From the NCBI GenBank assembly GCA_963716725.1, contig CAVQUB010000015.1:549943-613942 (forward strand): a stretch of DNA of 64,000 nucleotides. Direction: 5' to 3'. The DNA comes from an uncultured delta proteobacterium (GTDB lineage: Bacteria > Myxococcota_A > Polyangia > Polyangiales > Polyangiaceae). The notes below the pieces were generated by a model. That model did not search any database and was not told the DNA's origin. It was given only the letters and a program-made list of their open reading frames with translations. Positions 42,761 to 52,098 of this stretch are shown piece after piece. Numbering within the stretch: position 1 is the stretch's first letter; every line of letters starts with the position of its first letter. Position numbers and translations under genes: made by a program.

Positions 42761-44055
42761 CCCTAGAGAAGCGCGAGCTGGTCTTCGCCCGGACCTGGTA
42801 CTGGCTGGGCGCGCTCTTGCTCGTGGGCGTGGGGCTCTACGCCCTGCGTGACGTGCTGACGCCGATCTTCCTCGCCTTCACCATCGCCTACATCCTCGAT
42901 CCGGTGGTCGACCGCCTCGAGCGCTGGCGCATCCCGCGCGGTGCGGCCATCGCCATCGTGCTCCTGGGTTTCACCGCGGCGGTGGCGGCGTTTCTGCTCT
43001 TGGTGATCCCCGAGATCGTCAGAGACATCGCCGGCGTTGCCAAGGAACTGCCGGGCCACGTGCAGCGGGGCCTGGTTCGTCTCGAGCCGATCCTGAAGCA
43101 ACAAGGCATTCAGCTGCCGAGCACCACCGACGAGTGGGTCGCTCAATTGAAGAGCAAGTCCGACTCGATCTCGGCGAGCCAACTGGCGCCGGTCGGCGAC
43201 GCGCTCAAGGCGCTGATCGGCGGCACGGTATCGGCCTTCGGCGCGGTGTTTGGCGCCCTGATCGTGCCGATCTTGGCGGTGTACCTGCTGGCAGATTTCG
43301 ACCGCATGATCTCCGGGGCCCGTGAGCTCGTGCCCCTGCGATTGCGGGAGAGCGTCGAGTCCGTCGCGGGCGAAATCGATCACACCCTCAGTCAGTTCAT
43401 GCGCGGCCAACTGACGGTCATGCTGATCTTGGCGGTGCTCTACGGCGGATCCTACTGGCTGCTCGGCGTGCGTCTGGCCATTCCCATCGGCATCGCCGCA
43501 GGCGTCTTGAACTTCGTGCCCTACGTCGGCGGCGCGTTCGCGGTCGTGGCGGGCATCTCCATGTCGCTGATCGGCGGCGGAGGCATCGCCCAGATTGCGG
43601 GCGTGGTGATCGCCTACGTGGTGGTGCAGACCCTCGAGGGCTTCGTGATCACGCCGCGCATCGTCGGCGAGAGCGTGGGCCTGCGCGAGATCTGGGTCCT
43701 CTTGGCCCTCTTCGTCGGCGGCGAGGTGTTCGGGTTCTTGGGAGTGCTGCTGGCGGTTCCCGCGGCGGCGGTGCTCAAGATCTTCGTCTCCCGCGCCCTG
43801 GCTCACTACCGCGAGAGCCTGGTGTTCCTGGGCCCCGCCGATGGGATCATTCCGGCGCTCGCGGTCCCCCCCGACGAGCCCGACGAGCCCGACGAGCCCG
43901 ACGAGCCCGACGAGCCCGACAAGCCCGACGAAGCGCCTGCGGCTCCCGTTCGGGACGAGCCGGAGGAAGTGGAGACCCTTGGAGCGGGCGCCGAGGCGCC
44001 AAAGCCCGACTCGAGCGGTGGAGGCAGCTCGGGGCCCGACGAGCCGCCGCTCTGA
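42757..44055 (+). CDS. AI-2E (PerM) family transporter
   Basis: IAYILDPVV, FMRGQL, NFVPYVG, QTLEGFVITPRIVG, GFLGVLLAVP; acidic PDE-repeat tail. Confidence 0.9.
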   Translation: MTLEKRELVFARTWYWLGALLLVGVGLYALRDVLTPIFLAFTIAYILDPVVDRLERWRIPRGAAIAIVLLGFTAAVAAFLLLVIPEIVRDIAGVAKELPGHVQRGLVRLEPILKQQGIQLPSTTDEWVAQLKSKSDSISASQLAPVGDALKALIGGTVSAFGAVFGALIVPILAVYLLADFDRMISGARELVPLRLRESVESVAGEIDHTLSQFMRGQLTVMLILAVLYGGSYWLLGVRLAIPIGIAAGVLNFVPYVGGAFAVVAGISMSLIGGGGIAQIAGVVIAYVVVQTLEGFVITPRIVGESVGLREIWVLLALFVGGEVFGFLGVLLAVPAAAVLKIFVSRALAHYRESLVFLGPADGIIPALAVPPDEPDEPDEPDEPDEPDKPDEAPAAPVRDEPEEVETLGAGAEAPKPDSSGGGSSGPDEPPL

Positions 44056-44514
44056 TCAGCTGCAAGCGCAGCCAGCGCGATCGACCCGGGTTACCGCGTC
44101 CGCCACCTTCTGCTTCGCCCATTCGCAGCGTTCGTGGGTGGGCGTCGTGAGCTCGCAGATCCGCTCTTGGGAACGCCGCATCGAGGCCAATGCCTTGCAC
44201 GCGGTCTCGCAGGGAGAGCTCGGCTGCGAAGGCGACTGTTCAGCGGAAAGTCCGCCTGGTTCATGCACGGCGGGCTTCTTCTGCGTTCCCTCTGGCTCGG
44301 GCCCGGGCTGTCCCCCGGCGGGTGTGGCGGGCGAGTCCGCCCCGAGCTGGGCCGACAACGAACGCTCCGCCGTCTCGATCTGCTCGGCGAGGGCGTCGAG
44401 GTCACTCGGCGCGTCCCGCGCGCTCGATGGGCTCGCGGCTTCTCCGGGAGCGCCGCCACAAGCAGCCAGCGTCGCGACCCCAAGAACCAGAAGCACCCGC
44501 TTGCTCGCCAACAT
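44056..44514 (-). CDS. hypothetical lipoprotein
   Basis: Lipobox LAAC; C-terminal CETACKALASM...RICEL...RC...C. Confidence 0.7.
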   Translation of the reverse strand: MLASKRVLLVLGVATLAACGGAPGEAASPSSARDAPSDLDALAEQIETAERSLSAQLGADSPATPAGGQPGPEPEGTQKKPAVHEPGGLSAEQSPSQPSSPCETACKALASMRRSQERICELTTPTHERCEWAKQKVADAVTRVDRAGCACS

Positions 44515-44538
44515 CGCCGGCGATGCTAGCGCAAGAAC

Positions 44539-44766
44539 TCAGCCGCGGAGCTCTTTGTCGGCGCGCTGCCGGTTGTCTTCTTCTTCCGGCATCAGCGAAA
44601 AAACGAGCACGGCGCCGACGACCGGGACGAGCCAGATGAGCTTCGATTGGAGGATTTTTTGGCTGCGCTCGAAGGATCCGTTGCGCCAGACCTTCACAGT
44701 GAGCCAGATTTGCGCGGCCACCAGGCCGGAAATCAGGATGCCGTAGACTACGTCGAAGCCCGTCAT
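44539..44766 (-). CDS. small two-TM membrane protein (PLDc_N-like)
   Basis: MTGFDVVYGILISGLV...QKILQSKLIWLVPVVGAVLVF. Confidence 0.6.
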   Translation of the reverse strand: MTGFDVVYGILISGLVAAQIWLTVKVWRNGSFERSQKILQSKLIWLVPVVGAVLVFSLMPEEEDNRQRADKELRG

Positions 44767-44844
44767 GGTGAAGGGGATGTAGCCACTGGAGCGGGTCGGC
44801 GCAAGGCCCGTGCAGGGGTCTGGGTTAACGCCTAGGCTTGTGGG

Positions 44845-45027
44845 GTGGCGACTGATGCGCCCCTGATCGCCCGGCTCGGCCCGACCAACACCGGCAAGAC
44901 GCACCGTGCCGTCGAGCGCGTGCTCGAGCACGAAAGCGGACCGCTGCGCGTCGCTGATCCGCCTCGCCGTGGTCGAAAGCGCAGCAGGCTTCGCCTGCGC
45001 ACCACTGGCAATTTGGGGACGGAGTGA
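44845..45027 (+). pseudogene. remnant of a Suv3-like SF2 helicase
   Basis: LGPTNTGKTHRAVERVLEHESG matches Suv3-family motif I, but the ORF is only 60 aa. Confidence 0.65.
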
Positions 45028-45030
45028 GCC

Positions 45031-45573
45031 ATGGGTCGCTATCGCGCCCGCGACCTGCTCCTGCCACCGAGCCTGATGTCTCTGGCCCGTGTGCCGCTGG
45101 CGCTCTGCTTTGCGTGGGCGAACGGCCACCCGATGTTGCAGCTCGCGGTCCTTGCCCTCGCCGGAGCGTCGGACGTAGCCGACGGGTGGTGGGCGCGCCG
45201 CCACGGGCAGGTCACTGCCACGGGCGCGGTCGTCGATCCGATCACCGACAAGCTCTTCGTGCTGACGGTAGTGCTGTCGCTGGTCTTGTCGAACCGGCTC
45301 GAGGCTTGGGCCATCGTGCTGCTCGCGACCCGAGAGATCGGCGAAGCGCCGCTGGTCCTGTGGTGGACGCTCTCGCAAGAAAAGCGCCGGGCGCGGACCG
45401 AGCAGCCCATGGCCAACCTGCCGGGCAAGGCCGCCACGGTGCTCCAGTTCGCAACCGTTGCGCATGCGCTGTTCGGAGGCCGCTACCTGGATCAGCTCTT
45501 GTACGCGACGGCGGTGGCGGGGGGCCTCGCGGCGCTCAGCTACTGGCTGCGAGAATTGCGCGTTTTGCGCTGA
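45031..45573 (+). CDS. CDP-alcohol phosphatidyltransferase (PgsA-like)
   Basis: SDVADGWWARR...GAVVDPITDK, RE, GKAATVLQ. Confidence 0.88.
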   Translation: MGRYRARDLLLPPSLMSLARVPLALCFAWANGHPMLQLAVLALAGASDVADGWWARRHGQVTATGAVVDPITDKLFVLTVVLSLVLSNRLEAWAIVLLATREIGEAPLVLWWTLSQEKRRARTEQPMANLPGKAATVLQFATVAHALFGGRYLDQLLYATAVAGGLAALSYWLRELRVLR

Positions 45574-45663
45574 TGCAGCGGGACCCATGTCGGTTGTTGT
45601 GAGCGCTAACTTCGGTTGTTTTTGAGAATGGAGCGCCCCTTCCCGTGCTAGTTCGGGGATGCC

Positions 45664-46941
45664 ATGACCACTGCAAAGCTCGTCTACGACGGTAAAGACT
45701 ACACGCTTCCGGTGATGGAGGGCTCCGAGCAGGAGCGCGCCATCGACATCCGAAAATTGAGAGCGGAATCCGGCCTCGTGACCTTCGACGATGGCTACGG
45801 CAATACCGGCTCGTGCAAGAGCGCCATCACGTTCATCGACGGTGACAAGGGCATCCTCCGCTACCGCGGCTATCCCATCGAAGAGGTCGCCGAGCGCGCT
45901 CGCTTCACCGAGGTCTGCTACCTGCTCATCTACGGCAAGCGTCCGAGCCTCGAAGAGCTGGCGGCGTGGCGTCAGAAGATGACGATGCACACGCTGATCC
46001 ACGAGGACATGAAGAAGTTCTACGAGGGCTATCCGCCAAACGCGCATCCCATGTCCATCATGGCGGCGATGGTCGCGTCACTGTCCAGCTTCTACCCGGA
46101 CACAGCCGAAGACCTCGACCTCAACATCATCCGCATCCTGGCCAAGAGCAAGACGCTGGCGGCCTTCGCCTACAAGAAGTCCATCGGGCAGCCCTTCGTC
46201 TATCCGCGCAACGACATGTCCTGGCCCGCCAACTTCTTGCGGATGATGTTCGCCGTCCCCGCCGAAGAGTACGAAGTGCCAAAGGCCTACGAGGACGCGG
46301 TGAACTTGCTCCTGATCTTGCACGCGGATCACGAGCAGAACTGCTCGACGTCCACCATGCGCATGGTCGGATCGAGCGAAGCCAATCTCTATGCGTCGCT
46401 TTCGGCGGCCATCTGCGCGCTTTGGGGTCCGCGCCACGGCGGGGCCAACCAGGCCGTGCTCGAGATGCTCGAGGAGATCCGCGTGAGCGGCGGCGACTAC
46501 AAGGGCTTTTTCGATCGGGTCAAGTCCGGCGACAGCAAGACCCGTTTGATGGGCTTCGGTCACCGCGTCTACAAGAACTTCGACCCGCGCGCGCAGCTGC
46601 TCAAGGCGGCAGCGGATCGCATCTTCAACGAGCTTGGCATCAACGATCCGCTGCTCGAGCTCGCGAAGCACCTCGAAGAGATCGCGCTGCGCGACGAGTA
46701 CTTCGTGAAGCGAAAGCTCTACCCGAACGTCGACTTCTACAGCGGCATCATCTACCGAGCGATGGGTATCCCCACCGACATGTTCACGGTCATGTTCACC
46801 CTCGGGCGCATTCCCGGCTGGATCGCCCACTACCTGGAGCAGCGGAACGACCCCGGGGGCTATCGGATCCACCGACCACGGCAGATCTACACGGGTGAGA
46901 CCCAGCGTGTCTTCGAGGACTGGGGCACCCGCAAGCTCTGA
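45664..46941 (+). CDS. gltA: citrate synthase
   Basis: LRYRGYPIE, HADHEQNCST, GPRHGGAN, GFGHRVYKNFDPR, YPNVDFYSG, RPRQIY. Confidence 0.97.
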   Translation: MTTAKLVYDGKDYTLPVMEGSEQERAIDIRKLRAESGLVTFDDGYGNTGSCKSAITFIDGDKGILRYRGYPIEEVAERARFTEVCYLLIYGKRPSLEELAAWRQKMTMHTLIHEDMKKFYEGYPPNAHPMSIMAAMVASLSSFYPDTAEDLDLNIIRILAKSKTLAAFAYKKSIGQPFVYPRNDMSWPANFLRMMFAVPAEEYEVPKAYEDAVNLLLILHADHEQNCSTSTMRMVGSSEANLYASLSAAICALWGPRHGGANQAVLEMLEEIRVSGGDYKGFFDRVKSGDSKTRLMGFGHRVYKNFDPRAQLLKAAADRIFNELGINDPLLELAKHLEEIALRDEYFVKRKLYPNVDFYSGIIYRAMGIPTDMFTVMFTLGRIPGWIAHYLEQRNDPGGYRIHRPRQIYTGETQRVFEDWGTRKL

Positions 46942-46964
46942 ATCTGGGATTTGTAGCTTGAGCT

Positions 46965-48173
46965 TTGCTAGGCTCGCCGGTCGCCGTGGGTAACGACGAT
47001 CTCGATGGACTCTGGGAAGTACCCGAAGACGAGGCGCAGGCCGCCCCGAAGGCGGTCGTGCCTGCAGCAGCGGCCAAGCCTGAGGAGCCGAAACCGGCGG
47101 AGCCCAAGCCTCCGCCTCCTGCGAAGCCGGTCTCCGTAGCGCCTCCGCCTCCTGCGAAGCCGGTCTCCGTAGCGCCTCCGCCTCCTGCGAAGCCGGTCTC
47201 CGTAGCGCCTCCGCCTCCTGCGAAGCCGGTCTCCGTAGCGCCTCCGCCTCCTGCGAAGCCGGCGCCGGTGGCGGCAAGACCCGTCTCCGTGCCTCCGCCC
47301 GCTCCCCCCTCGAGCATGCGTCCGCCCCCGGCAGCGGATCCGGAGGTCGACTCGGGCTGGGACGCGACGCCGGCGCCCCCGCGCGCGACCGCCTCCCCCA
47401 CTCCCCGACCCGCGCCCGCGCCCGCTGCCGTTGCGAAGCCCGCGCCCGCTGCCGTTGCGAAGCCCGCGCCCGCTGCCGTTGCGAAGCCCGCGCCCGCTGC
47501 CGTTGCGAAGCCCGCGCCCGCTGCCGTTGCGAAGCCCGCGCCCGCTGCCGTTGCGAAACCCGGCCCCGCACCGTTGGCCAAGCCCACGGCGAGCCCGGCA
47601 TCATCGGGCTCGCGCGCTTCCAGCGATCCCGCCCCACGCCTCGGCGGCGCGTCAAAGCGCGAACGGCGCGATCACCAGCGTCGCGAGCGCGCAGCCGCCG
47701 CCAGCCGCAAGGCCGATCGACGCCGCACGAAGAAGAGCGAGCGCGCGGAGCGGTTGAAAGCAGAGCAAGAGACTCGTCGCGCTGCGCAGGAAGAGACCCG
47801 CGTGAAAGCGGATGCGGAGCGTCGCGAGCGCGAGGCCGAGCGCGCGGCGCACGCAAAGGCCGAAGCGCGTGAATCCAAGCGCGCGGCCCGGGCGCGGCGC
47901 GAAGCCGACGAGAGCGAGCCGGAGTCGAGCCGAACCACGCCCAAGGCGGAGGGCAAGCGCGAGACGCGGGCCCACCGGCGCCACCCGGAGGCGACCGACC
48001 ACGTCGGGCCCAAGCTGACGCCTTCGCCCAAGAAGGAGAAGCCCGTCGCGAGCCCGAAGGGCCGTCGCGCGAGCAAGTCGGCCAAGGCCGCGATGAGCCC
48101 CGCGGTCATCTTCGCGATCATCGCCGCCGTCGCGCTGGCGGTGGTGATCTTGGCCGTCTGGCAGAAGCGATAG
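46965..48173 (+). CDS. Pro/Ala-rich, charged low-complexity protein with C-terminal TM anchor
   Basis: Tandem repeats, R/E/A-rich helical region, hydrophobic C-terminus; the start may be GTG 46986. Confidence 0.7.
   Translation: MLGSPVAVGNDDLDGLWEVPEDEAQAAPKAVVPAAAAKPEEPKPAEPKPPPPAKPVSVAPPPPAKPVSVAPPPPAKPVSVAPPPPAKPVSVAPPPPAKPAPVAARPVSVPPPAPPSSMRPPPAADPEVDSGWDATPAPPRATASPTPRPAPAPAAVAKPAPAAVAKPAPAAVAKPAPAAVAKPAPAAVAKPAPAAVAKPGPAPLAKPTASPASSGSRASSDPAPRLGGASKRERRDHQRRERAAAASRKADRRRTKKSERAERLKAEQETRRAAQEETRVKADAERREREAERAAHAKAEARESKRAARARREADESEPESSRTTPKAEGKRETRAHRRHPEATDHVGPKLTPSPKKEKPVASPKGRRASKSAKAAMSPAVIFAIIAAVALAVVILAVWQKR
47109..47262. repeat. 33-bp perfect tandem repeat x4.7 (PPPPAKPVSVA)
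   Basis: CCTCCGCCTCCTGCGAAGCCGGTCTCCGTAGCG units at 47109, 47142, 47175 and 47208, plus a partial copy. Confidence 0.9.
47415..47558. repeat. 24-bp tandem repeat x6 (PAPAAVAK)
   Basis: CCCGCGCCCGCTGCCGTTGCGAAG units. Confidence 0.9.
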
Positions 48174-48179
48174 CCGCGG

Positions 48180-49253
48180 TCAGAGCGCGACTTCGCTGAG
48201 CTTGATCTTGCTCTCGGCGTGCACGCCGAGGCCGAGGCTGGCGGCCTCGGCGATGTACTTGGGCTCGCGCCCGACCTGCGCCAGGGTCTTCATGCCGTTC
48301 TCGGTGCGCGCTTTGTCGACGACCTTCCAGCCGATGGTGTCCATCGCCACCGGATCGGTGGTCGCGTACACCGCGCCGTAGGGGATCCGGCGTTTGGGGT
48401 CTTTGTCGAGGGGCCCCTTGTCGTAGATGATCTTGAAGGCGTCGATGATGTGTAGGCGCACGCGGCTCTTCATGATCTCGTGGTTGTAGAGCGCTGCGAT
48501 TTGCTCATGGGCGCCGGCGCCGTGATGTTTGCCCGGGTTGGTGATGGACCCGTGGGTCATGTTCTTGAGGCAGCCGGTGAAGCCGCAGATCGAGTGGTCT
48601 TTGATCTGCGTGAAGTTGATGACCGCGGTGGCCTCCGTCAGGAACCTCACGTACTGCGTCTCGACGTTTTTGTAGACCTTGACCTTGGGCATATCCACCA
48701 CGCTGTTCATGTGGATGCCGGTCTTCACGCCCGCAGGCAGCTTGTTGCCCTTGCCGCCGATTCGCGTGCCCTTCAGGTAGCTGGGGAACTGCTCGTAGAC
48801 GGTGATCTTCTCGGGCGGCACGCCCAGCTTGATCAGCGCGTCGATCAGCGGCATCACCACCTCGGCGTTGGCTGCCATGGTCGCGCCGGACTGCCCGGCG
48901 ATGCCGTTGGGCTTGATCGCGACGACGTCGTCCTTGTGGATGAACTTGCCCAGCGCGTCGACCAAGTTGGCTGCGCCGGTGAGCTCCATCAGCGCCCGCT
49001 CGACCATGTTCTTGGCCACGTCCGCCTTGGGCCAGATCTGATTTTGCTGCATGATCGAGGCGAAATCGCCGCCCTTCGTCACCTTGACGATGCGACCGGG
49101 TTTGTTCATGGGTTTGAACCCGGCTGGCGGCTTGGCGGCGAGGCTCGCCGGTTCGTCCGCGCGGACACCGGTCGCGAGTGAGGCGGTGGCCAGCGCCGCA
49201 GCACCACCGATCAGGGAACGTCGGGAAAGGCTCGAGTCAATTTGCTTCGCCAT
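48180..49253 (-). CDS. DUF362-domain protein with Tat signal peptide
   Basis: SRRSLIGG twin-arginine signal; VAIKPN; KDH..CGFTGCLKN; DPVAMD. Confidence 0.8.
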   Translation of the reverse strand: MAKQIDSSLSRRSLIGGAAALATASLATGVRADEPASLAAKPPAGFKPMNKPGRIVKVTKGGDFASIMQQNQIWPKADVAKNMVERALMELTGAANLVDALGKFIHKDDVVAIKPNGIAGQSGATMAANAEVVMPLIDALIKLGVPPEKITVYEQFPSYLKGTRIGGKGNKLPAGVKTGIHMNSVVDMPKVKVYKNVETQYVRFLTEATAVINFTQIKDHSICGFTGCLKNMTHGSITNPGKHHGAGAHEQIAALYNHEIMKSRVRLHIIDAFKIIYDKGPLDKDPKRRIPYGAVYATTDPVAMDTIGWKVVDKARTENGMKTLAQVGREPKYIAEAASLGLGVHAESKIKLSEVAL

Positions 49254-49569
49254 CTGAGACCTCAGTGCCCGAAATGGGCGCACTGAGCATAGGGCCAGGA
49301 GCGCGGGTTGGCGAGGTGGGGGCGGACGATCTGCCCCGGGTGAGCCAAGAAACACCGAAGAAAGCGGCCATTGCCAGGGCCGCCACGGGCGCCGCGACGA
49401 AAACCAACAGGCGCAGCCCGACGAAGACCACTGCGAAGATCAACGCCGCCGCCCCGCTGTGAGGCCCCGGCGAGAGCAGCGCCGCCACGAAGCTCCAACC
49501 GGCGGCGATCCGCAACATGACGGCGTGCAGGAGCAACGCAGCCGCGACGCCGATCAGCAGGCGCTTCAC
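49237..49569 (-). CDS. small membrane protein
   Basis: GTG start overlaps the stop of the upstream gene; 2-3 TM helices. Confidence 0.6.
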   Translation of the reverse strand: MKRLLIGVAAALLLHAVMLRIAAGWSFVAALLSPGPHSGAAALIFAVVFVGLRLLVFVAAPVAALAMAAFFGVSWLTRGRSSAPTSPTRAPGPMLSAPISGTEVSDGEAN

Positions 49570-50714
49570 CCTCGCCTCCAGGCGCTGGCCGGCTGCGCCG
49601 TGAGCATGGCGAAGACGATGGCGTTCCCGAGCGGGCCGCCGGAAGCAAAGCTGAACTCGGCACCCGGTGACGTGGGCGCGCCAAACAGGTGAAACGCGCG
49701 ATACAGCTGGTCGAAACAAGCGCGATCGCCGTGCACACGACAGCCGGACAATCCAAACCCCATGGCAGAGATGCTCCAGCCGAAGACCAGCGGACCCGAG
49801 TCGATGTCCCCTCGCCCGTGGGCCGATCCCGGCGCGTACTCGCGCACCACGCCGAAGCCGGCCACGTCCCCCGCCAAGTGGTCGCGCACCGCGCGATGCA
49901 GCGCCCATGAGCTGGCCTCGTCCGCGAAGGACAGATAGTAGGCCGCGAGGGCCGTGCCGGAACCGCGCGGCGCGTCGGCCGGCGTGCGATCGGGGCGCAG
50001 GGCTTGGCTCAGGAGCCCGGTCCTCGGATCGACGAAGCGCGTCGCGACCTGCTCGAGGTACTGCGCGACCACCGGCGGCGGCTCGCGCCCGAGCGCCCGA
50101 GCGCGCAGGGCCAACGAGGCGATCGCTGCTGCGTTGTCCACCGGGTAGATTTCTCCCGGATAGGTCTCGATCACGTGGGCCGGGGCCGCAGCGAGTCGGC
50201 GCTCGAGGGCGACGCTGATGCGATCGTTCAACGCAGAGAATCGCGACTCGGGCTCGACGAATCGGCGCACCGACAGCGCGAGATTCGCGTAACCGAGATA
50301 GGCCCCGTGACCCCCTTCGCCGTCCAGGGAGTCGAGCGGATCTTCTTGCCAGGCCTCGGCATCGAAGCCGCGCGCCGGAGCAGACAGCACCGCGTCGAGC
50401 GCTAGGTCCATCCGCGCGAGGGCTTCGGGCGCGAGACTGGGATGCGCGCGAGCCGTCTGCCCGAAGCCCATCGCGGCCATCATCGCCGTCCCGAAGGTCC
50501 ACTCGCCATCGAAGCGCCGCGAGCCGGTGCGAAACCGCGAAGGTCCGAGCTCCCGCAGGTGGCGGTCTACGTTCGTGCCGAATGCCTGAACGCGGCCGCG
50601 GTCGCCGTCCCAGAACGCCGCCGCCCCGGACTCGCAGAGCCGGTGCGGGATCATCAGAAACGCCGCAACGATCACGGCCAAAGTGAGCGCCCAGCAGAGG
50701 ATGCGTCGACCCAT
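49566..50714 (-). CDS. linalool dehydratase/isomerase-like (alpha/alpha barrel) protein
   Basis: N-terminal hydrophobic segment; AYLGYANL, ETYPGEIYPVDN, RGSG, VREY, GDIDSGP, LGNAI. Family recalled from memory, not searched. Confidence 0.55.
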   Translation of the reverse strand: MGRRILCWALTLAVIVAAFLMIPHRLCESGAAAFWDGDRGRVQAFGTNVDRHLRELGPSRFRTGSRRFDGEWTFGTAMMAAMGFGQTARAHPSLAPEALARMDLALDAVLSAPARGFDAEAWQEDPLDSLDGEGGHGAYLGYANLALSVRRFVEPESRFSALNDRISVALERRLAAAPAHVIETYPGEIYPVDNAAAIASLALRARALGREPPPVVAQYLEQVATRFVDPRTGLLSQALRPDRTPADAPRGSGTALAAYYLSFADEASSWALHRAVRDHLAGDVAGFGVVREYAPGSAHGRGDIDSGPLVFGWSISAMGFGLSGCRVHGDRACFDQLYRAFHLFGAPTSPGAEFSFASGGPLGNAIVFAMLTAQPASAWRRG

Positions 50715-50831
50715 GCCGGCTTGGACGACTGCGAGACCCGGAAGATTCCGGCTGCGCGGTTTCTCCACGGTTCCTCCATGGGAAGTGGCGAGGCTTGGAT
50801 GCCGTCACTCCATGGGGTTAAGCTGGTCCCG

Positions 50832-52049
50832 ATGCGAGGGCTGGTGGCGATGGCGGCGGTGGCGACGCTCTCGTGCACCTCGATCGCAGGGCTCGATGGT
50901 CTCGAGAAGGTGGACTGCGTCGACAATTGCGCTGGCGCCGGAGGCGGGAGCGGGGCCGGCGGCACCGGCGCGCTGGTCCCGAGCTCGGTCTGGGTGGGCC
51001 GCAAGTCCAGCTGCGTCGTCATGTCCGACAAGACGCTCCGCTGCTGGGGCGCAAACCCCGGCACCTTGCCGGGGACCCTCTCGTCAACGCCAGTCCTGGT
51101 CGGCAAGCTGAAGGATGTCGCCACCCTGTCGCTGGGGCTCGGCCACACCTGCGCGGTCGATGGATCGGGCGTCGTGTGGTGTTGGGGATTGAACGACTAC
51201 GGGCAACTCGGCGACGGCTCGACGAGTCCGAGCCCCGAGCCCAAGTCCGTGCCTGGCCTGCCCGCCATCGATACGGTCAGCGCGGGCGCGACGCATACCT
51301 GCGCGTACTCGAGCCCGGACGCCGATCCGGTCCAAGCGTTTTGTTGGGGCCGGAACGACTTCGGCCAACTTGGGGATGGCACCACCACCGACAGCCCAAA
51401 CCCAGTCAAGCTCTCGCTGCCGCAAGGCGGCAAGATGTTCCGCATGAGCCCGGGAGCTGGGTTCACGCCCGCCATTGTCAATGTCGGCGGTGTGCTCGAG
51501 GCGTGGTGCTGGGGCAGAAACGACAAGGGTCAGTGCGGCCAGCCCACGAGCACGCAGGTCGTGCAAATTCCCACCAAGATCCCAGGCGTGCCTCAACTCG
51601 AGCGCGTCTACGGCGGAACGGATCACGTCTGCAGCCGGACCGTGGGCACCAAGATCCCTTGGTGCTGGGGTGCCAACGAGAACGGCCAATTGGGAGTGGG
51701 TACGAGCAGCGCTTCGGAGGCGCCGAACGCGGTCCCGGGCAGCGTCACCATCGACACCATGTACGTCGGCAGCCGACACTCGTGTCTCGTCAGGAGCGCC
51801 ACGCCCACCGCAGATTGCTGGGGCGCCAACGACCTCGGGCAGTTCGGCGGAGCCATCGGCCTCGATGTGCTCACGCCCACGGCGGCGCCCTATCTCGACG
51901 ACGGGCAGACCGCGATGCGCCAAGCCGAGCACGGCTGCCGGCTCCGGGACGGCGTCGTCACCTGTTTCGGGGCCAACGAGAGCGGCCAGTTGGGAAACGG
52001 CAAAACCGAGACGTTCAGCCCGCCGACGCCGGTCGTTCTGGGTCCCTGA
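50832..52049 (+). CDS. RCC1-repeat lipoprotein
   Basis: Lipobox TLSC; repeated HTCA...CWGxNxxGQLGDG. Confidence 0.9.
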   Translation: MRGLVAMAAVATLSCTSIAGLDGLEKVDCVDNCAGAGGGSGAGGTGALVPSSVWVGRKSSCVVMSDKTLRCWGANPGTLPGTLSSTPVLVGKLKDVATLSLGLGHTCAVDGSGVVWCWGLNDYGQLGDGSTSPSPEPKSVPGLPAIDTVSAGATHTCAYSSPDADPVQAFCWGRNDFGQLGDGTTTDSPNPVKLSLPQGGKMFRMSPGAGFTPAIVNVGGVLEAWCWGRNDKGQCGQPTSTQVVQIPTKIPGVPQLERVYGGTDHVCSRTVGTKIPWCWGANENGQLGVGTSSASEAPNAVPGSVTIDTMYVGSRHSCLVRSATPTADCWGANDLGQFGGAIGLDVLTPTAAPYLDDGQTAMRQAEHGCRLRDGVVTCFGANESGQLGNGKTETFSPPTPVVLGP

Positions 52050-52098
52050 GGGCAGCGCTCGCTGGTCTCGCGTCGCCGTTTCCCCCTATGATGAGCGC

